A stretch of DNA of 37,368 bases from Octopus bimaculoides. Its lineage: Eukaryota. Positions within the stretch are counted from its first letter, which is position 1; the number at the start of each line of letters is the position of its first letter. A program made the translations under genes and the position numbers. The stretch spans positions 102,378,265-102,415,632 of the forward strand of contig NC_068984.1 in assembly GCF_001194135.2 (NCBI RefSeq), written 5' to 3'. This document shows, piece by piece, positions 22,658-34,297 of the stretch. Below the pieces are notes generated by a model. That model saw nothing but the letters and a program-made list of their open reading frames with translations, was not told where the DNA came from and did no database searches.

Positions 22658-23042
22658 ACTACAAATTCCTCTGCAAATTAAGATATATAAATCTCGCTTT
22701 ATGAGACTATTTTATTCCACATGGGTAGAAATGTAGACATTAAAGAATGGACATAACAGGGAACTTACAAAAGTTCCTCACTAGTTTGAGCTATATTCTC
22801 TCTATAAAAACAAGAGAATTTTTGAACTCCAATCAGATGCAAGACAGTTCCAGCATGGTCCATGTCTTTCTAGCTCAACTTTTGAAAATCAAAGATATCT
22901 GCGAAACTGGTTAAGTCTTTAAATAAAATTCTAAGCCAATCCTAGTGTATTCTCAACTTTTATATATATATATATATTAATAGTAATAGTAAGACAACAA
23001 AAGAATGAATGAGACCTCAATATTATGTAAACAGAGGAATTT

Positions 23043-23234
23043 ATCTGTAATATAATATGTGACAATTATTCGGTTGCCATAATAAAACTTAGAGTTTCGG
23101 ATGTCGGGGTGGAAATCTGCTCCGGCACCTCGTTAGTTATTAAGACTAACTGACGAGATGCCGGAGCAGATTTCCTCCCCGACATCCGAAACTCAGAGTT
23201 TTATTATGGCAACCAAATAATTGTCACATATTAC

Positions 23235-23238
<4 letters not shown>
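23043..23238. mobile_element. Penelope-like inverted terminal repeat (near-perfect palindrome) with a hammerhead motif in each arm
   Basis: 23043-23139 is the reverse complement of 23147-23238 apart from a few substitutions and a 5-bp duplication. The spacer is 7 nt (TTAAGAC). Confidence 0.85.
23147..23206 (+). ncRNA. minimal type-I hammerhead ribozyme motif with intact core
   Basis: TAA CTGACGA GATGCCGG-agcagatttcctcc-CCGACATCC GAAAC TCAGA GTT TTATTA. Core CUGACGA and GAAA intact, GUU cleavage triplet at 23198-23200. Confidence 0.7.
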
Positions 23239-23267
<29 letters not shown>

Positions 23268-23699
23268 TATAAAACAAAAATATGTTATAGAATTTTATTA
23301 GTAAACACCATTAAATTTTAAAACAGATAGTAAAATTTTGTGTATAATTATATTTTCCTGGTAGTCAAATAGTATGTTAGATAAACTTCTCTAAACACTG
23401 CTACAGCTTTACTAACAAAAATTGCCTTTCTGTATTATAAATATCACTTAGTCTCATATTCCACTAAATATTTTGTCGTCTTCTCAAAAATTGATAGAAC
23501 TCAATCATCTTCAAGTTACTTATTGTTAATGTTCAAAATGTTAGTGAAGCCTCATAGTTCTGATAACCCACATAAACTAACTTGACTTCCCATCATTCCA
23601 TTTCATTGGCATGCTTGGTATAAGAAAAATATTGAGATATAAACCACTTCTTTAACAAATACACAGAAAAAAGGAATCTGTTTCAGCATTTACATCTAT

Positions 23700-24170
23700 T
23701 TGTAATGATATACATAAATATATATGGTGATATTTATAGTGATATACCAATTTGTAGTGGTATTATAATGATATACATGTTAGCAATGATATATGTAATG
23801 ATATACCTATTTACAGTAATATGCGTAAAGATATTTGTGATGATATACTTATTTGTAGTGAGCCACTAAACCTTTTTCTATTTTCTCTCCTTGTTTATGT
23901 CTGTGTTCCTTTCTGTTGAAGAGCGTAGGCTCAAAACGTAAAAGACTTCTCACTTCCCGAGCATTAAACTAATACATCTGTTTGTTGTTTACACACCTGT
24001 CTTCGTCTGTTTTTTTTTTTTTTGTAAATTATCACCATATATCTATTTATCATGATATATGTAATAATATACTAATTTGTAGTGACATATATAACGATAT
24101 ATCTACATGCAATGCTATCTATAAGGATATACCTATTTCTAATGATATTTGTAACGATGTGCTGATATAT
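23700..24170. repeat. degenerate AATGATAT-type minisatellite interrupted by a PLE-like insert (23861-24040)
   Basis: Recurrent (A/G)TGATATA(C/T) units on both sides of the insert. Confidence 0.7.
23909..23944 (+). ncRNA. degenerate type-I hammerhead motif
   Basis: CTTT CTGTTGA A GAGC-gtag-GCTC AAAAC GTA AAAG. Stem I CTTT/AAAG, stem II GAGC/GCTC, ACGT palindrome. Core positions A6 and G12 are altered. Confidence 0.55.
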
Positions 24171-24235
24171 TTTATTCAGGTTTTGAACAACTTACAATAA
24201 AGTACCATATCGACTTATCCCCCTTTACTGTTCAA

Positions 24236-24455
24236 CCCTTTAGTATTTAAACAGGCCATTACCAGCTCAAATATTCTAAGTGTTTTATGCTAAAACTGAC
24301 CAGATCCAACCCCTCACACCTACCCTATAATGTCATTCCAAAAATATACAAATACACTACTGAAATCTTGAAGCTACAAGATAATGCATGATTAATTCAA
24401 AACAATATAAATAAACAAGCATTACATTTGACTAAGAAATCTGAATGCTAAAGTG
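24236..24455. mobile_element. piggyBac-type MITE family E, copy 1 (220 bp)
   Basis: TCAA|CCCTTTAG...CTAAAGTG|TTAA. Same internal sequence as 30133-30769 and 36193-36685. Confidence 0.75.
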
Positions 24456-24886
24456 TTAAAAACCTTACATCATCATCATCGTCTTACTAACTTGAAGAAA
24501 CTTAACATAAGAGGAAGGTTTTAAAATCTTAATTTCTCTGTTCATGATTTGATTGAACTAAAATATGATGTATAAATATAAACATTGAGACTTGTACATG
24601 CAACATTCTCAGTGTTGCAGCACCAAATATTTTATCAATTAAATTCATATAATCCTCTGTTCTTGTAAGTACAACATAAAATTGAACATCCACAATTGCT
24701 AGTTCTGATCAAAATAAGAACTTTGTAAAATGAATGTCATTAAGGTTTATTAATGGTCATTGTGTTGTAGATTAATGGACATTGTACTGAAGGGAAAATT
24801 GCTTTTGGCATTTAATGGAAAGTTGTGCTGAGTCACTAATATGAATACTGAATTACATTTTCCCTGTAGGTCTTTTACTGCTAATT

Positions 24887-25240
24887 TTACCATTCAGTAA
24901 ACCTTTTGGGATCAATTTTCTTTGTAGTATAAACTGCTCCTATTTCGTAGTAGTACAAATTGCCCTTATTTCTTAGTAGTTCAAACTGCATTGGTTTAAA
25001 ATTTAAGTGAACTGGTATTGGTCGTGTTGCTTGATTTTCAGAGTCAGATCCTGCATACTGTGTTCTCTTCTCTGACGATCTGGTGGAGTGACCACTTGTT
25101 GATCGCTCGTGTTGGTTGACCAAGTCTCATGGTCATGGTGGATGAGGAAGTATCTTGTGGAGATGGGAACTGACTAGGACACTGCTTGGAGATTGCCCAA
25201 GATGACCTGAGCAATGTGCTGCAATGGCACATGCCTCCAT
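24887..25240 (-). pseudogene. unidentified decayed ORF (118 codons, two internal TGA)
   Basis: MEACAIAAHCSGHLGQSPSSVLVSSHLHKILPHPP*P*DLVNQHERSTSGHSTRSSEKRTQYAGSDSENQATRPIPVHLNFKPMQFELLRNKGNLYYYEIGAVYTTKKIDPKRFTEW*. Both internal stops are TGA, the CpG-decay product of CGA. Confidence 0.3.
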
Positions 25241-25257
25241 ACCTGACCTAGCACTGG

Positions 25258-25647
25258 TATCTTTTGTCTTTTATCTGTTTCAAACATTAGACTGCGACCA
25301 TGTTGGGGCAGTGCACTGAAGAACTTTTTAGTCGAATGAATCGACCCCAATACTTTTTTTTTTAAAGCCAGGTACTTATTCTATCAGTCTCCTTTTGCTG
25401 AACTGCAAAGTTACAAGGACTTAAATAAACCAACACCAGTTGTCAAGCAGTGATGGATAACAAATGCAGACACAAAGACACACACATACAACAGGCTTCT
25501 TTCAGTTTCTGTCAACCAAATCTGCTCATAAGGCCTTGGTTAGCCCAAGGCTATAGTAGAAGATACTTGCCCAAAGTACCATGCAGTGAGACTGAATCCA
25601 GAACCATGTGGTTGGGAAGCAACCTTCTTAACACACAGCCATGCCTA
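25258..25647 (-). mobile_element. SINE family A
   Basis: Reverse complement of the family A head and tail. Confidence 0.8.
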
Positions 25648-27893
25648 AATCTATTAGAAAAGCTGATCATATCATTTGGCTCACAGTCCCATATTTTATC
25701 ATATAATTTCATGGATATTTCATGGATATTTCAATAACTTGCTCTGTGTTGCATGTGTATCATTTATCTAATATAGATAGTTTGATATGTATGTTTCTGA
25801 CTGAGATTATTTAATCTGAGTGAGATTATCTACATGCAAAGTAAAGTTGAAGAAATATCTATCTTTGGCCTCTAAATACTAGTCAAATAACATCCAAACC
25901 AGTTAGCTATTAATAGTGTCCTAGAAGTTTACCTCTTGCTGTTGTTTGGAACTTAGTAGGGCTACTTGATGAGAGCTGACTATGAAAGGCATTCCAACTA
26001 TGATCATCCCAACTTTTCAGATATGTATCTCAGGCTACTTTATCCATTATGTCCTTCCTTTTCTTTCATTAGCTGTCAGGGTGTAATTTGAAGGAGAATT
26101 TGCTGTTATTTCTAGCAATGACTATAGAGAAGATCATCATTTAGTTTGTGACATTTGCATGAGCTCCTGTATGTGTACGTGACTATGTATGTGTATGCCA
26201 CTGTGTTATCAAAATGTATTCATACAAGCCTAACTGAGTTCCATGTTTTGAAGATGAAAAAAATAAAAGAAAAATTGTCTGGTTTCATTAAAGAATGAAT
26301 TTATAATGAAAACAACATCATATACAAATGAAATTTGCATATTTTAACTCTACAACAAATTGGAAGATGGTGATTAAGTATGAAAGCAAATACAAAGTGT
26401 GATGTATTGCAATAGCATATAATACATTATATAAACTGAAAGGATGTAACACTCTTTTTCTCTCTCATAACGGTATACACACACATAAATGTGTATATGT
26501 GAGTATATATACTGATTGTTATGAACCCCACCTAAATATAGGATATTATTTATCCATGTGTTTTCTCTCTATGTGTATACATATAGCATATATACTATAT
26601 ACATACCAACACAAATATGTATCTTTTTAGCAAGCTCTTTCTCAAACACACACAGGCACCCTCACACACACACATATATGAACTTATGACAACTGTAAAT
26701 ACAGGAAACAGAAGATGAAATAATTGTAATTATTAAATATTTAAAGAAAGGAAATTTGTATGAAGAGTATTAAAATAGAGAAACATCAAAAACATAAAGA
26801 ATTATTTAAAACTGTAGGAAAGTAATATTAAGTGCGTTTTAGATAAAATATTTATTTTAAACGATATTATGCTGTGAATTGTAATACATCAGTCAAGGAA
26901 CATTAACAGACAAAGAAACACCTGACTTAAAGAGATGCAACATTAAGGTAGCCATCTGTTTACATTCAAACATTTAATATCTACAACACATTTACTGAAA
27001 TCAGGTAATCTTTGCAGTAAATGGTGTTAGGGTGGATGATATATTGATTTGTAATGATTTCTATCTTGTTGTGTAAGATTATTTCATTGAATGTATGGAT
27101 AGGTGGATGATTTATTAAATACTGACTCAGGGTTACAGATTTGGTGAAACTGTTAAAGAGAATAGGATGGGATGCCTTGGTGTATCTGCACTGAATCTTT
27201 GTGGTGTAGTGAACTGTGATGACACTGACGTCAAACTATTGGTCCTAGCCCTTCCTTTGGATTACAATGGTGGCATGGCAAAGAGGTATATGCTGGACTT
27301 CCATAAAGAATCTTGTACAAGTCTGCACTTGGATGGAGGAAAACTTTCTTGGTGCAGATCTATGACTTCATCAGACACATGGAAGCCCTATATTTTTATA
27401 ATGCACACAACCTCCTCATCTACATTCACCCTTATAATGTAGGACAGCACTGGATTCCTCACTACTCAATCCACTCCATCACCCTTAACAGTCTTTCACT
27501 TTTTCTCAATTATTCTTGACATTAATTTTGCCATCCATTATTCCCCCAACATAAACCCATCTGTTACTCTCTCCAGTACTACCCTCTCACAATAATAAAT
27601 CTATTCCTCCCATTCAACTTCTCTCAACACCTCACCAAAATTCATCTTTCTCTCTCTTTATGCAGTAAGAGCTCTTTAATCTTGTGAGTTACAAAGCAAC
27701 ATAACTAGTGATGGTGCCATGTAAACAGCCCCCAGTACACTATACAAAAATAGTTGGTGTTATGAAGGGCATGTAGTCATAGAAACCATGCCAAAACTGA
27801 AATGTGGAGCAAGATATAACCCATCACATACTATCAAATCAAACCATGCCAACATGGAACATGAATGTAGAACGATGATGGTGAGCTGTATAT

Positions 27894-28367
27894 TATGGTG
27901 GAGTGAAAATAAAAAAAATTGTGGAAATTGAAAATGTTTGAGGGCTAAAATGTTGCTATATTTGATCACTAGAAAAATGCTAAATTTTTGCTGAGATCAA
28001 TCAAGGGCATTTACTCCCTCAAGCCCCCTAAACTCTGAAAATGGGGGATGTTTGTAAATATTTTACAATACAGAGCTTGGGAAGAGGAAGGGTTGGTTGA
28101 AGGAGTAAATGCCCTTGACTGATCTAAGTGAAAATTTAGCGTTTTTCTAGTAATAATTATATAGCAAAATTTTAGGTCCCAGGCATTTTCAACTTCCACA
28201 ATATTTTATTTTCACTCCAATCTATACAATCTATATACCCACACACACATACATGTGTGTTAGGGTGGAGTGAAAATAAAATATAGTGGAAATTGAAAAT
28301 GTCTGGGACCTAAAATTTTGCTATACATTTTTATTAGAAAAACGCTAAATTTCTGCTTAGATCAGTC
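27894..28367. mobile_element. three alternating ~110-125-bp inverted units (MITE plus adjacent truncated copy)
   Basis: Units at 27894-28017 (+), 28102-28224 (-) and 28261-28367 (+), each starting T(A)GG(G)TGGAGTGAAAATAAAA or its reverse complement. Confidence 0.8.
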
Positions 28368-29539
28368 TGCTACTGTCAAAAATTTACAAAAATCCCATTT
28401 TGACAAGAGAAATGTCAAAAACAGTGACTTCCAAATGAGCACAGATGTAATCAAACACACAGACATGCATGCATACAGACACACACACACACAGAGAAAT
28501 ATCTACAATGGACTTCTTTTCAGTTTCTGCCTACTAAATCTACTCACAAGGCTTTGTTTGGACCAAATCTATAGTAGGTGCCATGTAGTGGGACTGTGCC
28601 TAAACCCACAAGTGCAATCTTATGCCTGCTCGTGTGTATAAAATATACTCACATGTATTGATGAGTACTATCTCCATCTCCTATCTTTCATCATCATTAT
28701 CATTTAATGTCTACTCTCCAGGCTGGCATAGGTTGGATGGCTCCATAAGATCTAGCAAGTTAGAGGACTACATTAGTTTTGGCATGGTTTCTGCAGCTGG
28801 ACGTCCTTCCTAATGTCAACTACTTAGGTAAATGAATCATAGGAAGACTGAGGAGATGGGTCACACCTCTAGGTCCATTCAGAGCTTGACCCAGAATCAT
28901 GAATAAGGCCATATGGACATGAAACTGGGAACCCCTTATCATGCCTTTGGAGGGAAAAGAGGAAACAAGTAATTGGGTATGGCCTACCCTTTCCGTCTAG
29001 AGTGAAAACCAATGTCCTCAGGATCTTTCTTCAGATACTCAAGGAAACCTTTCCCTTGCAGTATAAGTACCAATCATTTTAAATAGAAATACAATCAAGT
29101 TATCCTACTCCACCACACCTAACATGGCTCACATTGCAGCTGCATCTAATAGGTTGAAACTTGCAACATATGTGCAGGTCTGCTTTGGGGAAACAGTGGA
29201 TTCCTGAGGCTTCCTCTTGAGTTAACCCCAACCTACATTATGCAACACCCTGGTGTGAGTCCCAAGAGAACCTGCAATGGTGAGAGGAACCATGTAGTAG
29301 GTACACTATCCATTTGCAAGCAAATCTGTAGAATTAAATGTTACGTTAGGTTGTGATGTTGTGATCAATCCTTCTATAAGATTGGCGAAAGTAACAGGAA
29401 CCTATTCCAATATATTTCTAGCTTAAATATTTTATAGATTCTTCATTCTATTTGATGTCACAGTTATGTAGCCATTTCCTGGTACAAAGTAGAGCTTGGA
29501 GTGTAAAATATTGTATGAGTTCACACATAAATACCAGAG

Positions 29540-29665
29540 AAACTTGTGGAGACCCAGGATGAAGTACTGAAGGCCAATCTCAAAACATTAAACCTTACAA
29601 AGGAGATGACAGAGGACCGAGATATGTGGCACATTGCTGTTCTCAAGAAGACCTGCCCACCACAA
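29540..29665 (+). mobile_element. RTE-clade LINE 3'-terminal fragment
   Basis: DEVLKANLKTLNLTKEMTEDRDMWHIAVLKKT resembles the RTE ORF C-terminus (W.EVV..D...L...M..DR..W). Confidence 0.6.
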
Positions 29666-30132
29666 CAGAATTTAAATCTTAAAACTAAAGTGCCACATAA
29701 AAAGCATTGGTGTGGGAGCTGGTGCCATGTAAAAAAACATCCAGTACACTCTGCAAAGTGGTTGGTATTGGGAAGGGCATCTAGCTGTAGAAACCATGCC
29801 AGGACAGACTATGGAACCTGGTATGACTCGTAGCCTTGCCAGTACCTGACAATCCATCCAAACTGTACCAGCATGGAAATGGATGTTTAATGTTGATGAT
29901 GATAATCTGGAATTCATGTTTATTCATTATTTATCTGCAGTATTCACTGTGTCACCTCCTTCTCCCTTATTCTTCAGTACTTCCTCCCTTCTCTTGCTCT
30001 CTCTCTCAGTCATCTCTCCTAATTTATTTATTCAGTAACATCAGAAAACTACTCTCTTTACCAGAAACACCACATATCATATTTTCTCTTCCTCATGACA
30101 TTGCAATTTGTTCCACTTTTGAGCTGTTTTAA

Positions 30133-30769
30133 CCCTTTAGTATTCAGATTAATTTATCAAATGTAATCTTTATTCATCCACATTTTTAAAAATTAATAAT
30201 GTAGTATCTTGTAGCTTCAAGATTTTGAAAAGGTGATTACTCTTTTACTCTTTTTTACTCTTTTACTTGTTTCAGTCATTTGACTGCAGCCATGCTGGAG
30301 CACCACCTTTAGTCGAGCAATTCGACCCCAGGACTTATTCTTTGGAAGCCTAGTACTTATTCTATTGGTCTCTTTTGCCAAACCACTAAGTTACGGGGAT
30401 GTAAACACACCACCATGGGTTGTCAAGCAATGTTGGGGGGGACAAACACAGACACACAAACACATATATGTATATATGTACATATACATATATATGACGA
30501 GCTTCTTTCAGTTTCCGTCTACCAAATCCACTCACAAGGCTTTGGTCGGCCCGAGGCTATAGTAGAAGACACTTGCCCAAAGTGCCACGCAGTGGGACTG
30601 AACCCGGAACCATGTGGTTGCTAAGCAAGCTACTTACTACACAGCCACTCCTGCGCCTTGTTTATTTTTAGAATGGCATTGTAGGGTAGGTGTGAGAGGT
30701 TGGATCTGGCCAGTTTCAACATAAAACAGGATATTTGGGCTAAATATGGCTGGCTTAAATGCTAAAGGG
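30133..30769. mobile_element. piggyBac-type MITE family E, copy 2, with SINE A inside (30241-30659, minus strand)
   Basis: Perfect TTAA|CCCTTTAG ... CTAAAGGG|TTAA ends. Confidence 0.85.
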
Positions 30770-32011
30770 TTAAAGCCATACATGTTTATCAATTGTGAAA
30801 TATTCTAATTTTTTTTTTTTTTTTTAGTCTAAACACAAGACTCTGTTGGTAGAAAAATATATTGGACTGAATTAATCCCAGTACATTACTGGTTATTATT
30901 TTATGGATATCAGACAAGTAAAAGAAAAATAGAACCCATGTAGTTATGGCTGATGCTGGTGCGTGTAAATGGCACTTGTGCTAGAGGCACATATTACACT
31001 CTTGGAGTGGTTGGCATTAGGAAGGACATTCAGCAGTAGAAACCATGCCAAATCATTTTGGAACCTGGTGTAGCTCTCCAGCTTACCAATTTCAATCAAA
31101 CTGTCTAACCCATGCCAGCATGAAAAGCAGATGCTACATGAAGATAATGTGGCCGAATCCATTGTCATGCCTACATTGAAAAACATCATCCAAGCCATGC
31201 CAACATGGAAAATGCATGTAAAGTGATGATGATGATGATGATTATGATGAGTCTTGTACTTTGAATATATTTTGGTAGCAATGTAATGCCTATAATTCCA
31301 ATACATGTAAATTTTATTAATCATCAATCCTGAGTGAAGATGTGTTATGAGATGACAATACAAGATATCACTGGTAGAAATAAACAAAGAAAACAGGGTA
31401 GAAACTAGGAGCTAACAGCTAAGATCTTTATGTGGTTGATAATAAAATCTGTAGCAGCATTTACAATTAATACACCAGAAATTATCTGATTTGAGCTTAT
31501 TTTTGTTGTTGTTTACCACTTGACCAACCTTGACCCAGCAGACCTATCATCAACAGCATTCCAGCAGTGACCATCCCTCCTTATCAAGATACAGTGGTGG
31601 TGTGAAGGATATTTGGCTGCTATTTAAAACGATGAGGATGAATGCTATCTTTAACTGAATCTTTTTAGAAAAACACTCAAGGTAAATAAATACAACAGCC
31701 AAAAGAAACTGTGTTTAAGAAAGTTGAAAATAATGACCTTTGTTTTTGTTGGTATTGTTTTTATAATCTTACAATAATGGAAGAATACAGCAAACAGTTT
31801 ATATTTAGATTTCTAGATGCTACTTATGTGTGTTATCTTTGATTGCTAGGTAAATACTAGCATTTACCAAAGCAAGCAAACATAATGCAAGATCTAAGAA
31901 CAAATTTCATTTCAGGGCATGGTTTATTTATAAGGTTAAATGAAACCAAGTGTTTTCGGTTAGTCTGATATCACTTGGAATAATCAGAGGATAAGGGGTG
32001 TCTTTCTTTCT

Positions 32012-32050
<39 letters not shown>

Positions 32051-32890
32051 CCAGTGGAGAAAATAGAACAGAAACACAAGCAACATGATCAGCTACAGCT
32101 CACTGGAGAGCAGCAGTACAATGAAATATAGACACTATAAGAACACTAAGAAGACAATGAAAGCTTTGTATGAACAGTGGAATCATTGGTATTAACATGC
32201 TTCATTTGAATAGAGACAAAAATAGAAGTTTCTATTGAATCAGATGGCATTATTAGTTTGGTCAGTGTAGCATTACTAAATTTACAGATCAATCAGGTAG
32301 ATATGAAATACATATCAAAGAAAAGACATAAAAATAAACATAAAAGCTAATTTAGTTACAAAGGGTGTTGTGGAATACAATGGACGATTCATATGTAAGA
32401 ACGAGGTTACCGTTGCAAATATATCCTATATCTCCATACATTCTGTAACAAATGAGATAATCACTAACAAAAGGTATATAAACAAGGGAGAGACTTGGAA
32501 AAGATAATGGAAGTTTAATCCTGCACACCAGCATATATGGCTACACTCTGGTTATCAAACAATAACAGGATAAAGAAAAATGTTTGTACTGTTTTGTAAA
32601 GGGGTACTGCATGTCTTTATTATTCTCTTGAAACAAAAAGACACCCACCCACAACCAAAAAATAAATAAAAAATAAAACAACCATATAAAAGAAATAAAA
32701 AAACAGTATGTCTCTCTCTGTACATATAGTGTGCAAGTGTGGCTGTGTGGTAAGAAGCTTGCTTCCCAGCCACATGGTCCCGGGTTCAGTCCCACAGTGT
32801 GGTATCTTGGGCAAGTGTCTTCTACTATAAGCTCAGGTCAACCAAAACCTGGTGAGTGGATTTGGTAGATGGAAGCTAAAAGAAGCCCAT

Positions 32891-32938
<48 letters not shown>

Positions 32939-32939
<1 letters not shown>

Positions 32940-34156
32940 TGGGTCATCCCATAAGTAATGTGGTTTGTTTTTATACTTCTTTTATTTTTCAAAATTAAGA
33001 TGAACAAAATTCTGTTTTAATCTAAAATATACTCTCCTTCATTTGCTACAATGCTCTTCCATCAATCTGGTAGACTTGCAAGGCCCCTCTTCCAAAATTC
33101 ACATGTCTGTGATGAAAAATACTCTTCCAGTACTTTTCTGACCTCATCTACAGAATTCATATTTTTTCGTCCAAATGATTTTGAAGACTGTGGAATAAAT
33201 GATAATCAGATGGGGCAATGTTCAACGAATATGGTGGGTAGGGCATTGTTTCCCATTCAAACCACTCCAGCCTTTGGAATGTCATCTTCACTGCATGTAG
33301 CCGAGCATTATCCTGATGGAAGAACACCTTTCATATTGAAACCAAAGACGGTCGTTTTTCTTCTAGCACTAAGTTAATCTGCTCTCAGTAGATCTCATCT
33401 GTTACCTTTGGTTTGGATTTAAAAGTTCAAAGTGGACTAAAGCCACCAAACAGATAACAACACCTTATGTGGGTAAAGACTTTCCCTACACACTGTCTTT
33501 AATGCTTGACATTTTTATAGAGAACACATTTCTCATCACCAGTCACTATTTGGTCCAAAACGGATTCATTCGTGAGACATGACAGCAAAGAAGAGTACAC
33601 ATTCAATCTCTGTGCATGATTAGACTCAGAAAGTTTGTGAGAAACCCACTGATTCAATCTGCTGACTTTTCCAATGGCACACAGATGTTGATGAATGGTT
33701 GAATGACCAAGTTTCTCTGCTAGTTCCTCAACAGTTACGATGGGATTTTGTTCCACCAGGGTTTGCAGGACATTCTCGTTAAGCTCTACAGATCTTCCAG
33801 GGTGAGGCTTGTTTTCTAGGCTGTAGTTCATGGCTCAGAATTTCTAGAACCACCGTTGACACTGGCATACGCTTATTGTCCAATCCCCATATACTGCATT
33901 AATATCCCTTGCATTGTTGCTTTTATTGAACTCATAAAGCAAAATATGCCAAATATGCTCCTTTGTCACTGCCATTATAGCTTTGAAAAAATAACTTAAA
34001 ATCGAACTGCACTCTTCAAAACTTATATTAAGAATAAGAACATGGTAAAATTTCTACCTGCTTTTATAGCATGTTGATGCAGGTAGTTTATCCTTTCCGC
34101 TTCCAACTTTTAGTTCATACAATTGAAAAAAAACGCATTATTTATGGGATACCCAA
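32939..34156 (-). mobile_element. mariner (DD34D) transposon, defective, copy 2 (both TIRs)
   Basis: TA|TTGGGTCATCCCATAAGTAATG ... CATTATTTATGGGATACCCAA|TA. Minus-strand peptides WVSHKL, IVTGDEKCVLY, FHQDNAR, YPPYSLNIAPSDYHLF. Same family as 16507-17880. Confidence 0.92.
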
Positions 34157-34170
34157 TATATATACATATA

Positions 34171-34297
34171 CAGGGTATCCACAAAGTCTGGGTACATGGG
34201 GATTAACACATACTTTAAGAAATTATCATTTCTTATAATTAATTGTTTATGCTATGATTTTATTTACTCTATGTACCCAGACTTTGTGGACACCCTG
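34171..34297. mobile_element. Tc1/mariner-type MITE, copy 2 (127 bp)
   Basis: TA|CAGGGTATCCACAAAGTCTGGGTACAT ... ATGTACCCAGACTTTGTGGACACCCTG|TA. Confidence 0.92.

Noticed and set aside
27167-27519. ORFs including DDTDVKLLVLA, faintly transposase- or nuclease-like
   Set aside because: The motif is too short, with no supporting termini or splice sites; unassignable.
32015-32560. Poly-T run as the possible poly-A tail of a minus-strand retrocopy, and a nearby 32-nt AG/GT-bounded block
   Set aside because: No AATAAA, TSD or ORF. The 32-nt block would not preserve the TBC1D32 frame and has a weak donor.
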